Assembly: GCA_964016885.1 (NCBI GenBank)
Contig: OZ024740.1
Coordinates: 187,302,001 to 187,366,000, forward strand
Direction: 5' to 3'
DNA length: 64,000 nucleotides
DNA from: Eledone cirrhosa
Lineage: Eukaryota
Under the pieces are notes generated by a model that was given only the letters and a program-made list of their open reading frames with translations, was not told the origin of the DNA and did no database searches. The position numbers and the translations under genes were made by a program. Shown here piece after piece: positions 27,953 to 42,614 of this stretch (position 1 is the first letter of the stretch; every line of letters begins with the position of its first letter).

Positions 27953-29689
27953 CTGACAGAGTCATTAAAGCATAGGATATTTGTTTGGACCTTTGCACAC
28001 AGAATTATATGGAACAGACCATTTCACCAAATCCCATCTCTTGCAAGCACTTAGGCTAGGTCTCCAGTTAAAGGATGCCTTATCCCCCTTCCATCAGTCT
28101 TCAAGGCCCTGAAAAAGCTCATTTTCACTGCTCTTCTATTCCCATTGCCCTTCCAATTAATAAAAGACATGCAGAAAAAACTTTTATGAAATTACCATTA
28201 CTTATATTTTTAAATCCATTGACATCCTTATAGTTGTTATTTTATTTCACTTTGCTTTGTTTTTATACACACCCACATAATCCTGAACATTTAGAGAGAA
28301 CTTTTCTGACACTAATCTACATGTATATTATTATTATTGATGTTTTTTTTCTCAGATGTTTTAGTTTACTACTATAATCTGAAAGACCTAAAGTCTTTTG
28401 TGCCTAATGTGAAACTAGTTATTTGTTAGCTGAGTGTCATAAATGATCACCTATTTAAGCTCTATTCCAGTTTGACAAGGTAATTATTGACCAAATTGGA
28501 AAATTTGTTTCATTATGTAGATTTTATTAAATATCTTTTAATGTCGTGGAATCACACAACGACCATTACTAATACCACTACCACACTGAACTTCAGTAAT
28601 TGGCAAAAAGGATAATGTTTGTCAACAGTCAAGATTTATTGGACAATTTTTTTTTTTTTTTTTAGATATATCATCTTAATTTACTTCTTTACACATACAA
28701 ACAAGTGAATACATAAACACACACACACACTTGCATGTAGACATACACATGTGCATACATACATATAAATATATATACACTCAAACAACACGTCAACTTT
28801 GTGAAATACCCAATCAGCATGTAAAAATGAATAGCTTGCTATTGCCCCTACACAGATTCAATAGAGGTAATTAATAAGAAGACAGGTGTAATACAACACC
28901 TACGTCAAGTGAGATCCTCAGGAATATTGAGGTTACATCCTGAACACGAAAACAAGTTCTAAAAGAACAACTCTATTTAGTGGTGTGCTCCCATGGCAAC
29001 CTTCAGGAATAGAATGAATAATTTATTAAGAAAAAGATGGAAAAAGTTTATTAGGATATTATTTTGATGTAGTATAGTAGATGAGGAGACATTAAAATGC
29101 TTTGCATTAATGATCTGATATAAAATAAGTGATTCATTTGACTGACCAAAGAAAAGCAAGCTTGTTTTATTTTGTTTCTATTTTTGAATACTGGTATGGT
29201 CATGGGTATCATAGTATTTAGACCAAGTATTTAATGTATATGTGTATATATATATATTTAATCATTCTATACCCTATAACACATCGATCTCCCTTTCTCA
29301 CAATGCAACATAGTCGATTCTGGTATTTTATTTATTGAGCAAAAAGGATGAAAGGCAAAGTTGAATTGCGGGGGATTGAACTCAGAAAATGTTTAGAACA
29401 ATTACTGTTTTTGAAGGTGGTGGGCTGTTTCAGCCATGCCGCTGCTTAGTACTGCTTCATATCACATCATTTCTTAAGTAGAAAGTCACCATTTTGTAAA
29501 AAATAACATTGCATTAAATCAAAGAAACCACAACACAAAATGTGGGTGCAATTTTGTATCAACTGTATATCAAAAGAATAGTTTTCTATTTTCATACTTT
29601 TGTATACACTGATAAATACAGTAGGAAACAGACACACATATAACTACACTAGCAGAAAGCCAGCTGGAGGGAAGTATTTCTGGTAGTAA

Positions 29690-29722
<33 letters not shown>

Positions 29723-30599
29723 CTAGTTGGTGAGTTATATATATATATAGAATGCACTCATTACACACTGTAAAGTGGTGAAAATACAAGTTGAGATAAC
29801 ATAAGGTAGAGGAAAACCTTTGCTTTTGTCTCTATTGATGGTGCCACAATATAAAATATACCCAGTACATTCTGCATAAAGGTTGGTTTTAGAAAAGGCA
29901 TCCACCAATTGAAACCATGCCAAAATATGGTTTTTCAACCCATGTGATATCGGAAAGCAAATGTAAAATGATCATGTTGATAATTATGTGTGTGTGTGAG
30001 TATATATATATATATACACAGATATAACAATAATGTTATACATTAAACCATTAACTTGGGACGTATAAAGAACCCTCCAATAGGGTAAAACATCTTAACT
30101 ATCTCAATCTACAAATATTCTACTTGTTTAAACAAACACTTCTACAGTCATAAATATCTCGTATATTTCCCAGATAGTTCATAGTAAAGTAAAATAATCA
30201 CGTTTTGATTGAAGGTTTATGATGAGAATTAACCTCAATAATTTGAGTAAACATAAACTAATGAGTAGGATTTCATATATATGATAAAAGACATTAAAAG
30301 CACAAATGCAGAACAGAGAAAAACCTCTTTGCTGGAGGCTGAATAGATTATGCACTATATGTGTTATTTACGAGGTAAAAGTGTTAGTTTATTATATCAG
30401 TAAAACATACACAATTTCACAGAAAAAGGCACTGGGGTGTAGTTTATGTGCTCACTTGATATAGAATACACATATACCTTTCTCCAAGAAATATGGAGCC
30501 TTTCATTAAGGTAACAAATGAATATATAAATATAGAATGGTATGTATGTATAGTACCAAACAACTGAACTAGTTATAGTGGCTTCGTATTGACATACAG

Positions 30600-30950
30600 C
30601 TTTTCTAGGGCACTTTTTAAATCTGGCAGAGCCCATCTCATCTCCAGGTCTGAACACAGCAGACTTTTTCCAGAGAAGAGATAATTGTTTCTACTTTAGG
30701 CACAAGGCCAGCAATTACCCAGTGCATTACTGGTACTTTATTTTATCGACCCCGTAAGGATGAAAGGCAAAGTCAACCTTGGTGGGATTTGAACTCAGGT
30801 CGTAAAGGGACGTAACTATGCTGGAAAGCATGGCGATAATGGAAGTGAGAAAGAGATTATAGAGGAAGAATCAACCCCAGTACAAGTCTTACTTTTTTTT
30901 ATCAATTTTCTGTTGACTTGATAAGATTTGAACTCAAAGAGCAGAGACGT
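30600..30950 (-). mobile_element. SINE family C with nested family A copy (about 30685-30834)
   Basis: Family C sequence is interrupted by family A; short TSD gataat. Confidence 0.8.
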
Positions 30951-31329
30951 AATCACAAAGTAAATTCAACAAGTGATTCTAACCATGGTTGTCATATCTT
31001 ATTTGGCCTGAACACTTGCATGAGAGGAGGGGGGGGGGGGTTCACAGAAGACCTGTTGTCCAGCTCTCCTGAGAGTTTCTTACCACAATTGAGGTGAAAA
31101 GATTGTGGATTAAGTTTTAGTTTTTGGCCAACCTGCAAATGAGCTTAGAGCTCAGATTAGCATCATGAATATTGATGTATTTCCAAGCAAATTAGTTGGC
31201 TCTATCCTACCCCAGTTCATCTAAATGTCAGGAATAGATACAAAATTCTTTGTTTATCTGTAAATGATGTCTGCACTGGTCTTCCATTCTGAGGTGGAGG
31301 AGATTTCATCTTATTTATTCAAGGCCATC

Positions 31330-31690
31330 TAGTCCCATCCATTCCAGGGCCTTCTCACCCCTGTTGGAAGAACCTCTACCTGGTTGACTCCACTGATTTC
31401 TGTTTGGTTTTAGTTATGGCATGGGTGTGGCTGTACTCACCATGATTGGCTAATTGTGAGTTGGTAAGGTTATTTAACCCATAATTGAGGTGGATGGCCG
31501 TCGACTCTGAGAAGTTCATCTGCCTTTTTAACTGTTCTCGCTTTTTGTGCTGCTGGGATTCCACTTACCCTCCTCACTAGACCAGGGTTTTGTTGGGAAA
31601 CTGGTTTAGTCACCGATTACTTGACTATAAAGCAGGCTGAACTAGGTTACATGGTACCAATCGCAGGCCAAAACCTGATCTGAGAATATA
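31330..31690. repeat. Dispersed repeat D, most complete copy
   Basis: Colinear with 4560-4870 and 25090-25280. Confidence 0.7.
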
Positions 31691-34276
31691 AACCCAGGAA
31701 AAAATACCTACAGAGAAGCACATGCTTTCGAAAATATTTACACTACAACTAATAGTTTTATGAATGAAGAGTTAAGGTTTTCTATGTTAAAATTTCTAAT
31801 ATCATGTACATCTTTATTTTGATTATGTTGTCATGGAATTTAAGACCTTACACAATATGCTCCCCATTTTATTACCTATAAAGTATTGTTTAAAGGGTAG
31901 TGATAATTATAAATGAAACGAAATGCAAAAGCTCCCCCATTAGTTTCAGCGATGCTTTAGTTTTTAACTAGAGTACATTAACATATATAAAACTACTAAC
32001 ATCTCTTGCAGTATAATGTAGTACATAGAACTACGATAAAGTTGTATTACAAAAGATACAAACTTATTAAGTCTTGATTTCTCATTAGAATGTCTTTTAA
32101 AAAAATACCCTTTTCTTTTAATAAACAATGCATAAATATAAATTTTTAAATTCGGCACATTTAGAGAGTTGATACTAATGATAGATTAAATGCCAAAACA
32201 ATAATTTTTTACATTCCTCTGTTGTTCTTGAGTACTCATTCTGTCATGAGCAATTTTTATTTCACTTCTTTGTGGCTGCTAAAACTAAACACAAACACAT
32301 TCCCATATGTGCAGCAATCGATTCAATTAGGTATGCCTTTCTTCAAGAAAATAAGGGCCTTGTATCAATGCAACATAATATATCTTGCATGGGATATGAA
32401 ATTCTAGACGTATATCTTATAAAATTTAATTCATTATGTATTATTACATTAAAAGAACAAAAATAATCCTCGTTCAACGAAAAAAAAAACCTTGCTATCA
32501 TTAAATGTTAAGTTCAAACCTTTTCACAAGTATGATTTAAAATGCATTAGATTATCTAAATTGAAACCTTTCACAACTGAATATCTACCTGTGAATTTAT
32601 CATTTTACAATGCCATCCCTAAAAAAAACCAAAAAAAACTAAATAAATAAATAATCTAATTAGCAATGTTTGAACTTGTAATTTAAAATAATTGTAGTGC
32701 TATGACTCTCACTGGCATTTGTTTTGTTGCAAATTTGAAATTTACAAATAAGAGTAAATAAATATTAATTTAAATTAAATTTATATAAAAACATAAAAAT
32801 ATATACATATATAAATATCTATTTTCAAGCACGCACATACATATTTATATTCATGCATACATACATATTTATATTCATGCATATATACATGCACATGCAA
32901 TTTCATGCAGACTATGAATTCACACAAATTTTCATGAAACATAAAAATTTCCAAGAAAATATATCTTTATGGAAAAATAATATATAAAATTACTTTTAAA
33001 ACGATATGGAAAATCTTTTACATTTTATATATTTTTATCAACACTTCATACAGAATTTTTTTTTTTTATGAAAGTCTACAAATTATGTTGATGACTGCAT
33101 TGGCACATGACAAATCTTTATTTACATATTTACTAAAAGTATGTTTATAGCAATGGAGATGTTTAACAATGAAATATTGCTTTCATACTTATGTTTATTT
33201 TGTCTTTGATTTGCATCACGCTTCATTATTTGTGCTTTTTCTTTTTCTTTTTTTTTTGTTCATCTCCTATATTTAGATAAATATATTTTTTAAAACTACT
33301 CTCCATTTAATTCTGAAAGCAAAGCTATTTCATGAGTAAAAGGAGCTAAAGAACCATGTATATGTAAGTGTGAGTGAATACATACATTCATGTGAGGGGG
33401 AGAGTGAAATATGAGAAGAGGATTAAGAAAGATCCAAAATAGTTTAAAAAGGAATCATTTCCTTTCCAGTAACTATGTATCCTATTATTGCTCTTTCCAT
33501 AATTCAAATCGAGTCTTATTTTATTATCTACAGCTTTTTTAACCATTTTCTTTTATTCCCCTGAAACTGTCTCTACAGTTGGAAAAAAAAACAGTTTCTT
33601 TTTATTTATTATCTACTTGCTTCAATCACATGACTGCAGCCAATGTTACAGTATAATCTTCATATTGACCACAATGCTTATTTAAGTCTGATACTTACTT
33701 CATCAATCTCTATTTGTCAATTGGCAAAACTATCTTTTTGATATAAAGGCACATACCTTGACATACTGATTTACCATAGTATACTGACACCCCCACCCCA
33801 CCAGTTTGAAATAGTATACATAGACACACACATACACACACCAGTTTACAACAGTATATACATTCACACACATGAATAAATAAGAAAAGTCAAAGAGTAC
33901 AGTACATTTAACTCATCCATCTTTCTATATAAATTGTTAAATAGTACAAAGCTGAAGCTATTTCCACATTACTTCGCCCTATTCAAAGCTGGGAAAATAA
34001 CAAAGAAATACAACGAGACAAGAAATTCTGAAGTTTTTCAGATTTTGTTAACCACTCAATAATGCCCACATTATGCACTAGTCAAGTTGACTGATCTAAG
34101 AAAAGTTTTGTTCATAGCACTGGTGACATGTAACTACCAAACAATGGGCCAAAAGATTGGTACTCTTCAGCCAGTAAGAAAGCTAAAACTGCAAAAATGA
34201 AGTGTAAACAAAGAGTTCTAACAGATACTATTTTAGTGGAGGAACAACAGGGTGAAATGCACCATGGACGTAAAAC

Positions 34277-34337
34277 ATGTATTAGTGAGTTTTATATCAA
34301 ATATTATTATTATTTGATATAAAACTCACAAATACAT
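34277..34337. repeat. Short hairpin
   Basis: Perfect 19-bp stem gtgagttttatatcaaata / tatttgatataaaactcac, extended by atgtatt/aatacat. Confidence 0.85.
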
Positions 34338-34584
34338 TTACATATCCGCTATGTTAGAGCGGAAAACCAAATTCTAATTTTGTTTTTAAGTAAAATAACT
34401 TTCAATTAACTTCTAATAAAAAACCCAGGTAGTATTGTTGTTTTTAACATTTTAAGGAAAGAAGATTAATCAAATAAACTGATTCTGTGAAATACATGCC
34501 TTTATTGTCTTGTATCAACCTTACCTGACATTTGAGCTCAGAAAGTAGATGAATAAAATTAAATAGTTAATTTTACACTTCTTC

Positions 34585-34885
34585 ACCCACTTATTCCTAT
34601 GAGGATTGTGGGGGAAGAATCCTCAAGTACTCCTTCCAGCAGGTTCTGTCAAAAGCAATCATTTCCAATTGATCTGTCTGGATCCCCAAGCATGACCAGC
34701 TATGCTCATGGATGCTATTGAACCCTCTTGCTTGGGGTCTGCCCTTGGGTTTCCTACCAATTGATTTTGCTTGTAAAATCTGTCCAGCAATTCTTTCCTA
34801 AGGCATTTTAACCACATGTCAAACGTATCGGAGCTGTGATCTGTCAATTCGGAGAAGTAGCATCTCTACATGGAGAGACTGTCAT
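34585..34885 (-). mobile_element. RTE-clade LINE 3' fragment (different family)
   Basis: Minus strand: LLLRIDRSQLRY, GKPKGRP, DRTCWKEYLRILPPQS. Confidence 0.7.
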
Positions 34886-35187
34886 CTCTGAGCTACGCAC
34901 TTTATTTTCAAAATTTAAATTTAGCACAAGCTAAATAATATTTTATTCTATTACAAAACTTAAAGAATCTTAAGATAAGTTAAGATTATATCATATCCTA
35001 TATTATTCTTTAAAGACTGTAAGCACAGACATAGCTGAGTGGTTAAGAAGTTCATGTCCCAATTATAAGGTCTCAGGTTTGATCACATTGTGTGTTTCTA
35101 AGGCATGTGCCTTACCAGAGCCTCAGACTGACCAAAGTTTGTGAGTGAAATTGACTAGATGGTACTTGCATAGCAGCCTGTCAGATG

Positions 35188-35349
35188 CAGGACCCGGTGC
35201 TACCATATAGGTAGAAATAAATGCTGAAAAAAATTATTTAAAAATTTATTGTTTATGAATTATGAAATTGATATTTGCCGGGGGGGGGGGGGGGGGGGGG
35301 GCAGAATCTAATCTTGCCTAGGGAGCCAGATAGTCTGGTACCGGCCCTG
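35188..35349. mobile_element. hAT-type MITE inserted in an old SINE
   Basis: Perfect 8-bp TSD gtcagatg (35180-35187, 35350-35357); TIRs CAGGACCCGGT / ACCGGCCCTG. Confidence 0.85.
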
Positions 35350-37901
35350 GTCAGATGGATTATATCAAAGGCTCTACCTTGTCACATATTCTGTCATGCT
35401 AATTCTTAAGAATTAGCATGACCGGATACATCTGTGGAATATTCAGTCGGTTACATTTTAATTTAAAGTGTAGGGCTTTCAGTTGATTAAAGAACTAAAT
35501 CTAAATTCTAAAGTCAGTCTCAAGCCTAGAGGCTCATCAGACCAGTGTTTGTCTCGGTTTTCTTGACATTAAGTGATTGAGAGTACAACGTTTTCCCCAT
35601 GGACAAGGCGCTGAGTATACTGGAGCAACATGAAATGAAGTATTTTGCTCAAGAATACAAACACGCAACCCTATCCAAGAATCAAATCCGCAACATTATG
35701 ATCGTAAGTATAATGCTTTTACAACTAGGTCATGCTGATCATCAAAACAAAGGATCCATCAATAGGATATGAGTGAATCTTCATATAAGATTTTATTTCA
35801 TAGAATAAACTCTGAAACTCATAATACACCTCAGTAGATGTGTTTTATGCGTTTTATCACTTGGTTTTCTTTTTAATTCACAATATCTTAATATTTCAAA
35901 CTAGTACAGTACAAAAATATTAGACATTATACATATCAATTGGAGATAGTAAAAATAGCAATAATCACACTGATATGACACACATGTATATTTGCTTGCA
36001 AGATACTTCAGAGTGTCTGCCATTCCTTCTCTAATTAGGTACAGTATATATGGTATAAGCTGCAACAAGATGGTATACTAGCTATCATTACATCAGATAG
36101 ATTGCTGTGTTATTAGTTCCAGCACTTTGAGCTCTCTGAATTCAAATCCCACCAAAGTCACCTTTCCCTTTCTTTCTTTTGAAGTTCAGCTCTTTCTCAT
36201 TGACTGGAAGAAGTTGGCTATGAAGACCTGGTGAGTGATGGTCTCCATCAGCTTTAAAATATCACCCCTACAAATCCATCAATTGTGGGTTATAGTGGCA
36301 TTCATATATAAAGTCACACTTGTTTTCTAAGAAAAACCAGTATGTAACTAATCTACTTACCCTACAAAACCTCAATTCAAAATACATGCAACTTATACAC
36401 AAGTATAGACAATACCAGAATGTACTATTTTATCTCTAGAAGATAATTCATCAACCAACAAGATAGATTATGCTTGTTATTAAGTCTACCAAACAAGACC
36501 CAACCCAAATGGATCTTCCTAACAATACCACTAATCTTAACATTTACTTCAGATTTCATTGTAGTACAAGTTTTCTGCATGACACAAAACAGTAACTTGC
36601 TTCAAATTTCCATAACAGATTACTTCATCATAAAGTTAGTTATAAGCAAATTCTTTTTACAAAGGATTGCCAGTTTATTATATTATTAACCTCATTTTAT
36701 GCACTGATGAACTTCTGAATAAGCTCTAACGGAATATAGTGTATTCATTATTTGATGTTTTACAAGAATTTAGCAGAAATCTCATTTTATCAAAAAATAA
36801 ACTTCTGCCAAAAAGAATATGAATGGGATTTATTTATTTCATTTATTATTATTTTTAATCATTTTTCCATGCTTGCAATTTGGAAAAAATATTATATTCA
36901 GCAATACTAGCTTATTAGCCAAGACCTCTCCACCTACCAAAGAAATTGCCACAAAAATTGTTAAGTAAATGGTAAATGATTATGGGATTTGCCTTAATTA
37001 AATATATGAAAATAATAAATAGGTGTTATAAGATAATCACCATAGTTTTCATTGAGAGGAAAAAAAATATTTCAGCAGTAACTATTATTTCTGACAAGAT
37101 GGTTTCCAATGAGTGAATGAAAAAAAAAAGAAAAAGCTTTACCAAAGAATGGGGCTTTGAGAATCATTTTTTTTTTTTTTAAATCATGGATTTACTATCA
37201 ATAATAATAATAATAATGGTATTTCCAGTACATCTGAATCCAATACAGTACTTATATTTACACATTATTTTCTCACTGGCTACTTATATGCTAATACCTC
37301 TTTAAGAATGGGTATCTCACTGTGTTATTTGTGGCTATTCTGTTGCCAGAACATCAATAATGGATCATAAAAGACTATTAATGTGAGTGTTGTTCTTACT
37401 TTTTATTCTTTTCTAAGTACATAATTAATGTTATTTTTCTTTTTTTATTAAAAAGAATCGCTTAGCTTAAAAAACCATACAAAAAAAAAAAAAAAACACA
37501 TTTATAAAAATATGTCTTTTTTTTTATATCAACCAAAATATCATTTTTCGTGCCTCAGTTTTGCTCATTTCACAGCAATAAATCTTACCGAACATTTCTT
37601 GCTCATAACACTATGGTTGAGCAAAAAAAGAAAAAAAAGCGTTTTGAAAGTTTTGTTGGAGAATGACTGTCTTTTTCTAACTAAGTAACAAATATAACTA
37701 TGCAACAAAGTAACCTTTATTACATTGCATGGTTTAGTTTACTGACTGAAAACTAAATCAGAAATGTTGATATTAATATATATATATATATATTTATATA
37801 CTAGCTCCCTAATCTACTAATGTGTTTTGTTCTGTATTCTCACTTTTGATATAAGTGACATATTTTCTCCATTGAACCAAGTTATTATAGCGTTAATAAA
37901 G

Positions 37902-38121
37902 TAGTGTTTCCCAAAATGAGTTCTGAGGAATGCCAGTATTCCACAAAAAATTCTACAATTCAGAAAAATAGAATGTTTTTTAATAAGGTTTAATAAATAT
38001 TTGTTTTTGTTTTTTATATGAATACATTATCTCCCAGAAACATTTTTTGTTACAGTTAATGGTGTGAGATGTTCATAAAATATAAGTATAGATTGTGGGA
38101 AAATAATTTTGGGAACCACTG
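37902..38121. mobile_element. hAT (Charlie-like) MITE
   Basis: TIRs tagtgtttcccaaaat / attttgggaaccactg; 8-bp TSD taataaag / caataaag. Confidence 0.8.
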
Positions 38122-40141
38122 CAATAAAGTACATCAGACACCCAACTGAGGGCTTGACAGTTTGTATCTCGTGACCCAAACACTTTATTATTGAATGATT
38201 CAATCCAGCTAGGAGCAAACAGTAGATGCAAGTTTAACAATAACATCTTATATATAATGATTGGAGAACTTTGAGAATGTAACGGTTGTTTCATAATAAC
38301 ACATTAATAAATTAAGTTGGATTACTTTGAATAAATCATGAATGAATATTATGTAATTTATCTACTAAATTTCTTAGCTCTTGATTAAACATAAATATTC
38401 TTATATGTAATGTATTGCATATATTAAAATTCACTTCTTTAAAAATTTTCAAATGTCAACTTCCGTTAGATCATAACACTTCGCCATACACCATATTTTC
38501 ATCGCTATATCACATCGCTTATATATCATTATATAAAAACGTTCACATATTTCCATCGTTCTATCATGGCATTTATATTTCCGTCACTAATCTCATTTTC
38601 TCCTTTTTCGTTTTCTTAACATTTTGCTGTAATGCAGTTTATATATTATAATCATCTTTTTTTAATATATCATGGATTACTTTACTGATTACAGAAGAGA
38701 GTGTAACACAGTTCTGTTCAAATTATGTGCATATTGTCAATTTACTTTTCATTTTACGTATCATATATATATCAATATGCACACTACACATGCTAGCAGA
38801 AAACTGTCTGTAGGGCATTTTTTCTGCTAGTTATATTAAAACTGGATGCAAGCTTCCTATTAGCTTGTAATATCTGAGCCATCATAGAGTTGCTATATCA
38901 CAACGGAAGATGTGTTTCTTTCATGAGGCACATAGGCCGTAATGTTTAGGAGCCAGACTGATGATTGTGTCGATATAACTCTCAAATCTTTTTCCCTTGA
39001 CAATTACATAATTTCAAAGAAAGAGAGACAGAGAGAGTGAAACAAATATACAGATAAGGAATTTTTTGTAAGTAGAAGAGAGGTTTTTCTTTTAGCTGGC
39101 AATTAAATTGACAAGTATATGATCATAATGTTGTACTGGTTTGTGTTGCGTTTTTGAGCAAATCATTTCATTTCACATTGTTGCATTATACTCAGCTAGC
39201 ATTGCTTCATGTCACAGAAACCAGGATAAACACATGCCTGATGAGTAGACAGAAACTGTTGAGAAGGTGGACAGATGGACTGTAATTGTATTTCAAAGGT
39301 CCAGCCTTGTCATAGTGTCATGCTGAATCTCCATGAGAATTATATTAAGGGTACACATGTCTTTGGAATGTTCAGCCACTGAAACGTTCATTTCATGGGC
39401 AGGCTGTTCTTTTGAGTGAACCACTGGAACACACATCATAAAAACTGACTGAGATACATCAAATTATAATATTGTATAGGATTGAAACCTGACATGAAAG
39501 TCTTAGAGATAGATATTCTTCTTAAGACCAAAAGCAGAATTGAAGCATAATGAAGGTGTTAAAAGCCCCCAAATCATTTGCCCTGTAGTAGTTTAATCCT
39601 TTCTATGTAGTGATATTCATGTTCCCAATTTAAAAAAAAGAAATCATTTTATAGTTAATATAACCCTGCCTATATGTACAGATACTTTTTATACTGATCA
39701 AACTCCCTGTGTTGAAAATGCATCCCTCTGTAAACTAATCAGTAATATTACTTTCAAATGATAATTTTTCATTTTTAGTTCAGCATAGCCAAAGTTTTTA
39801 CTTTTACCACCTTTTTGTTGTAGTTGTTGTGAAATTTCTTCTGTATTTTTTTTTTATCAATTCTAATTCATTGTCTGATATTAGATATCATAAAAATTCT
39901 GAAATATTTAAAAGGAACATGAGTACTGGTTTACCATTATTCTTCATTTTAATTCTATAACTGAAATGACCAATAAAGTAGTTGCTAGAAATAGCACCCA
40001 AATCTCCCTCGAATTACAAACCACCATCTTAAAAATATGAAGGACAGACTATATAATCCTAGATAGACAAGCAGCTGTTTATAATTCAAATACTTTTAAT
40101 CATGGTGGAACTAGAGTTAAACATCAGTAAAACAAATTAAT

Positions 40142-40314
40142 TGTTTCTACTTTAGGTACAAGGCCAGCAATTACCCAGTACATTACTGGTACTTTATTTT
40201 ATCGACCCCGTAAGGATGAAAGGCAAAGTCAACCTCGGCGGGATTTGAACTCAGATCGTAAAGGGACGTAACTATGCTGGAAAGCATGGCGTCCGACCCT
40301 CTACTGATACTGCC
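40142..40314 (-). mobile_element. Young, near-full-length SINE family A
   Basis: CpGs retained; 13-bp TSD aaaacaaattaat; nearly identical to 52457-52636. Confidence 0.92.
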
Positions 40315-40409
40315 AAAACAAATTAATAAGCCTTGTTTGATATGTATTAATTTTTTATAGATAGCTATAATATATGAAAATCTTTATAATGGGCTACTTC
40401 ACAGATTAA

Positions 40410-40646
40410 CTTTTTCATTACCATTTTTCTAATGAAATGCTCTGCTTATGATTGGAACAATAATTTTGGAAATAAGAATTTAAAGATATTTAGTAATATA
40501 ACTAACTTTCTCATTATTAAATTAGTTTTTGAGTATAGCAAATAATTTACATAAAAATATGATGGAATGTTTTTGGATGAATTAAAAATAAACAGTTTAG
40601 TATCATAGAACCAAGGCCAGTCTCAGACAGTTTGGTAAGAAAAGGG
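40410..40646. mobile_element. piggyBac-type MITE (second family)
   Basis: TTAA flanks; ends ctttttcattacca / tggtaagaaaaggg. Confidence 0.65.
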
Positions 40647-42614
40647 TTAAATAAAAAGTAGAAATAAACAAATAGAAAAAATAATATTTTAAAAAAATCA
40701 GTGAATAAAGATGTTAAATATAGTTCATTAATTTTTTAACTGACCTTAATGACTGATTGCAGTGTAAAAATGTTTACTCAAAGTTAATTTATATAAAAAA
40801 AACAATTATTTCTATTAAATAGTCATAATTTAATTATAATATTTACTATAGATAATTTCTGATGCACAACATATATGTGTATATATGTATTTCACTTAAT
40901 TTAGGGGCTAAACTAAAACAGTGTTTCTATATTTCTTTTAGTGTATAAAATAAAGAGAGGGGTGGTGTAAAATACAAAATAACAGCTACAACAAACAGTA
41001 AATGAAGCAAAACAAATTTCGTCAATAGTACCATTTTCTGTGTATTCTCTTGGCAAATGAAATCACAGAAATCTTTCAAATCAGGTTTATTAGTGTCCTC
41101 TTTCTAAATTATTTGGCTATCAATCAACATGACATATTTAATCATGTTTTGTACAATTCATTATTTAATAGTTTTCTCCTGGTGTGTCTAATTGCGCTCT
41201 CTCTCTCACACATACAACTCTGTCTTTGGTTTGTTATAAAAACTACTGTAATAACATTACTTGCGTATTATATTATTACTACTACATTCCTTTAGGTTCT
41301 CTCATTTTCTTCACTCCCTCTCTTACTCTTCCTTTTTATCAGCTTTCTTTTTCCCTTTTCTCCTTTGCTATTTTGCTCTACTCTGTTTAATGCACTCAAT
41401 TTCTCTCTCTTTCATTCATTTAATTCTATTTTCCTATACAATTTGGCTTAGCATCTTTCTGTCTGTTTCTCTCCCAGTCTCTGGAGAGCCTCTTTGAAAC
41501 AATATAATTCTATCTCATTTTTATTATTATTTTTTCTTTTTTTCTCGTAGTGAGATAGGCTTGGATAACCTCCAAGAAATAATGTTTTAATTGAAATATC
41601 CAGCCTACACACTGGCATCTTATTCTGTCTGATAAAACTGCTATCAAATGAACAAAGCGACTGCCAGAGAAATTCTACTACATCTTACTCAAATAAAAGT
41701 AGTTCCATTAGGTTGTAAAACTAGCAACAAAGAACTCTTTTTTTGTAGGAATGTCTTGGGTATTGCTAAAACTAAAATGAAACTAAATATCCTTATTTAA
41801 TGTAAAGCACTATTAGATTAATTTCATAAATATTAAAAGATAAAAAAACCAACAAAATGTATTTCACTTCACAGAATTAATTAGAAAAAAAGTAATTTGT
41901 TTATTCTTTTCAAGTGAAAATAGTAATATGTTTAAACAATTTGAAATAATAATTTCTGATGAATTTTATGTAAAATATCACATTCAAATCATAAAAATCT
42001 TTAAATTCATAATAAGAAAATAATTTTTCAAGGGGAATTTTATATAATAAAGAAGTAAAAAAAATGTTGAGACTTCATTTTAAACTTAGTTGGCTTCTGT
42101 CAATATATATATTATATTGAAACTTCCTTAGAAATCTGTCTAGCTACGATAATTTCTATCACTTAAGGTGAGAGAGAGTATTATTCTGGTTTCACTGTTT
42201 TAAAAGTAAGATTGGTAGTTAGTGTTTCACAGTTGGTTCTGTTGAGGAGTTGTGTGGTATCTACCTAAACAGTCTTTGATTAATGCTACCTTAATTTTGA
42301 TTATATAGGAAAATAAACTGGCATTTTGTTTGCAGAACCAGCTGTCATGGCAAGGAATTACTTGAATAATCAATAATAACTAATTGTTTAACAATTTATT
42401 TTCTTCATTGCTAATATTTACTTCTTCATAGCAAATGTCTGGAATAAAGAAGAAAAAATAAATTCTGAGTAGCAAGTCTACAAGATTTCTCAACTATATT
42501 TCTTCATAATAATAATAATAAAATCTGCTATAAAAAGCATTAATAATGTTTTATTCATTTTTCAATCATCCTCATCATCACCAACAGTAAATTTTCACAA
42601 TCAATTATTTTTAT

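Noticed and set aside
31829-31840. tgtcatggaatt resembling the 5' end of miR-281
   Set aside because: Match stops after 12 nt; no convincing precursor.
39237-39270. CTGATGA...GAAA (also CTGATGA at 36704 and 48272)
   Set aside because: No adequate stems or no GAAA/UH; the 39237 case is a SINE end.
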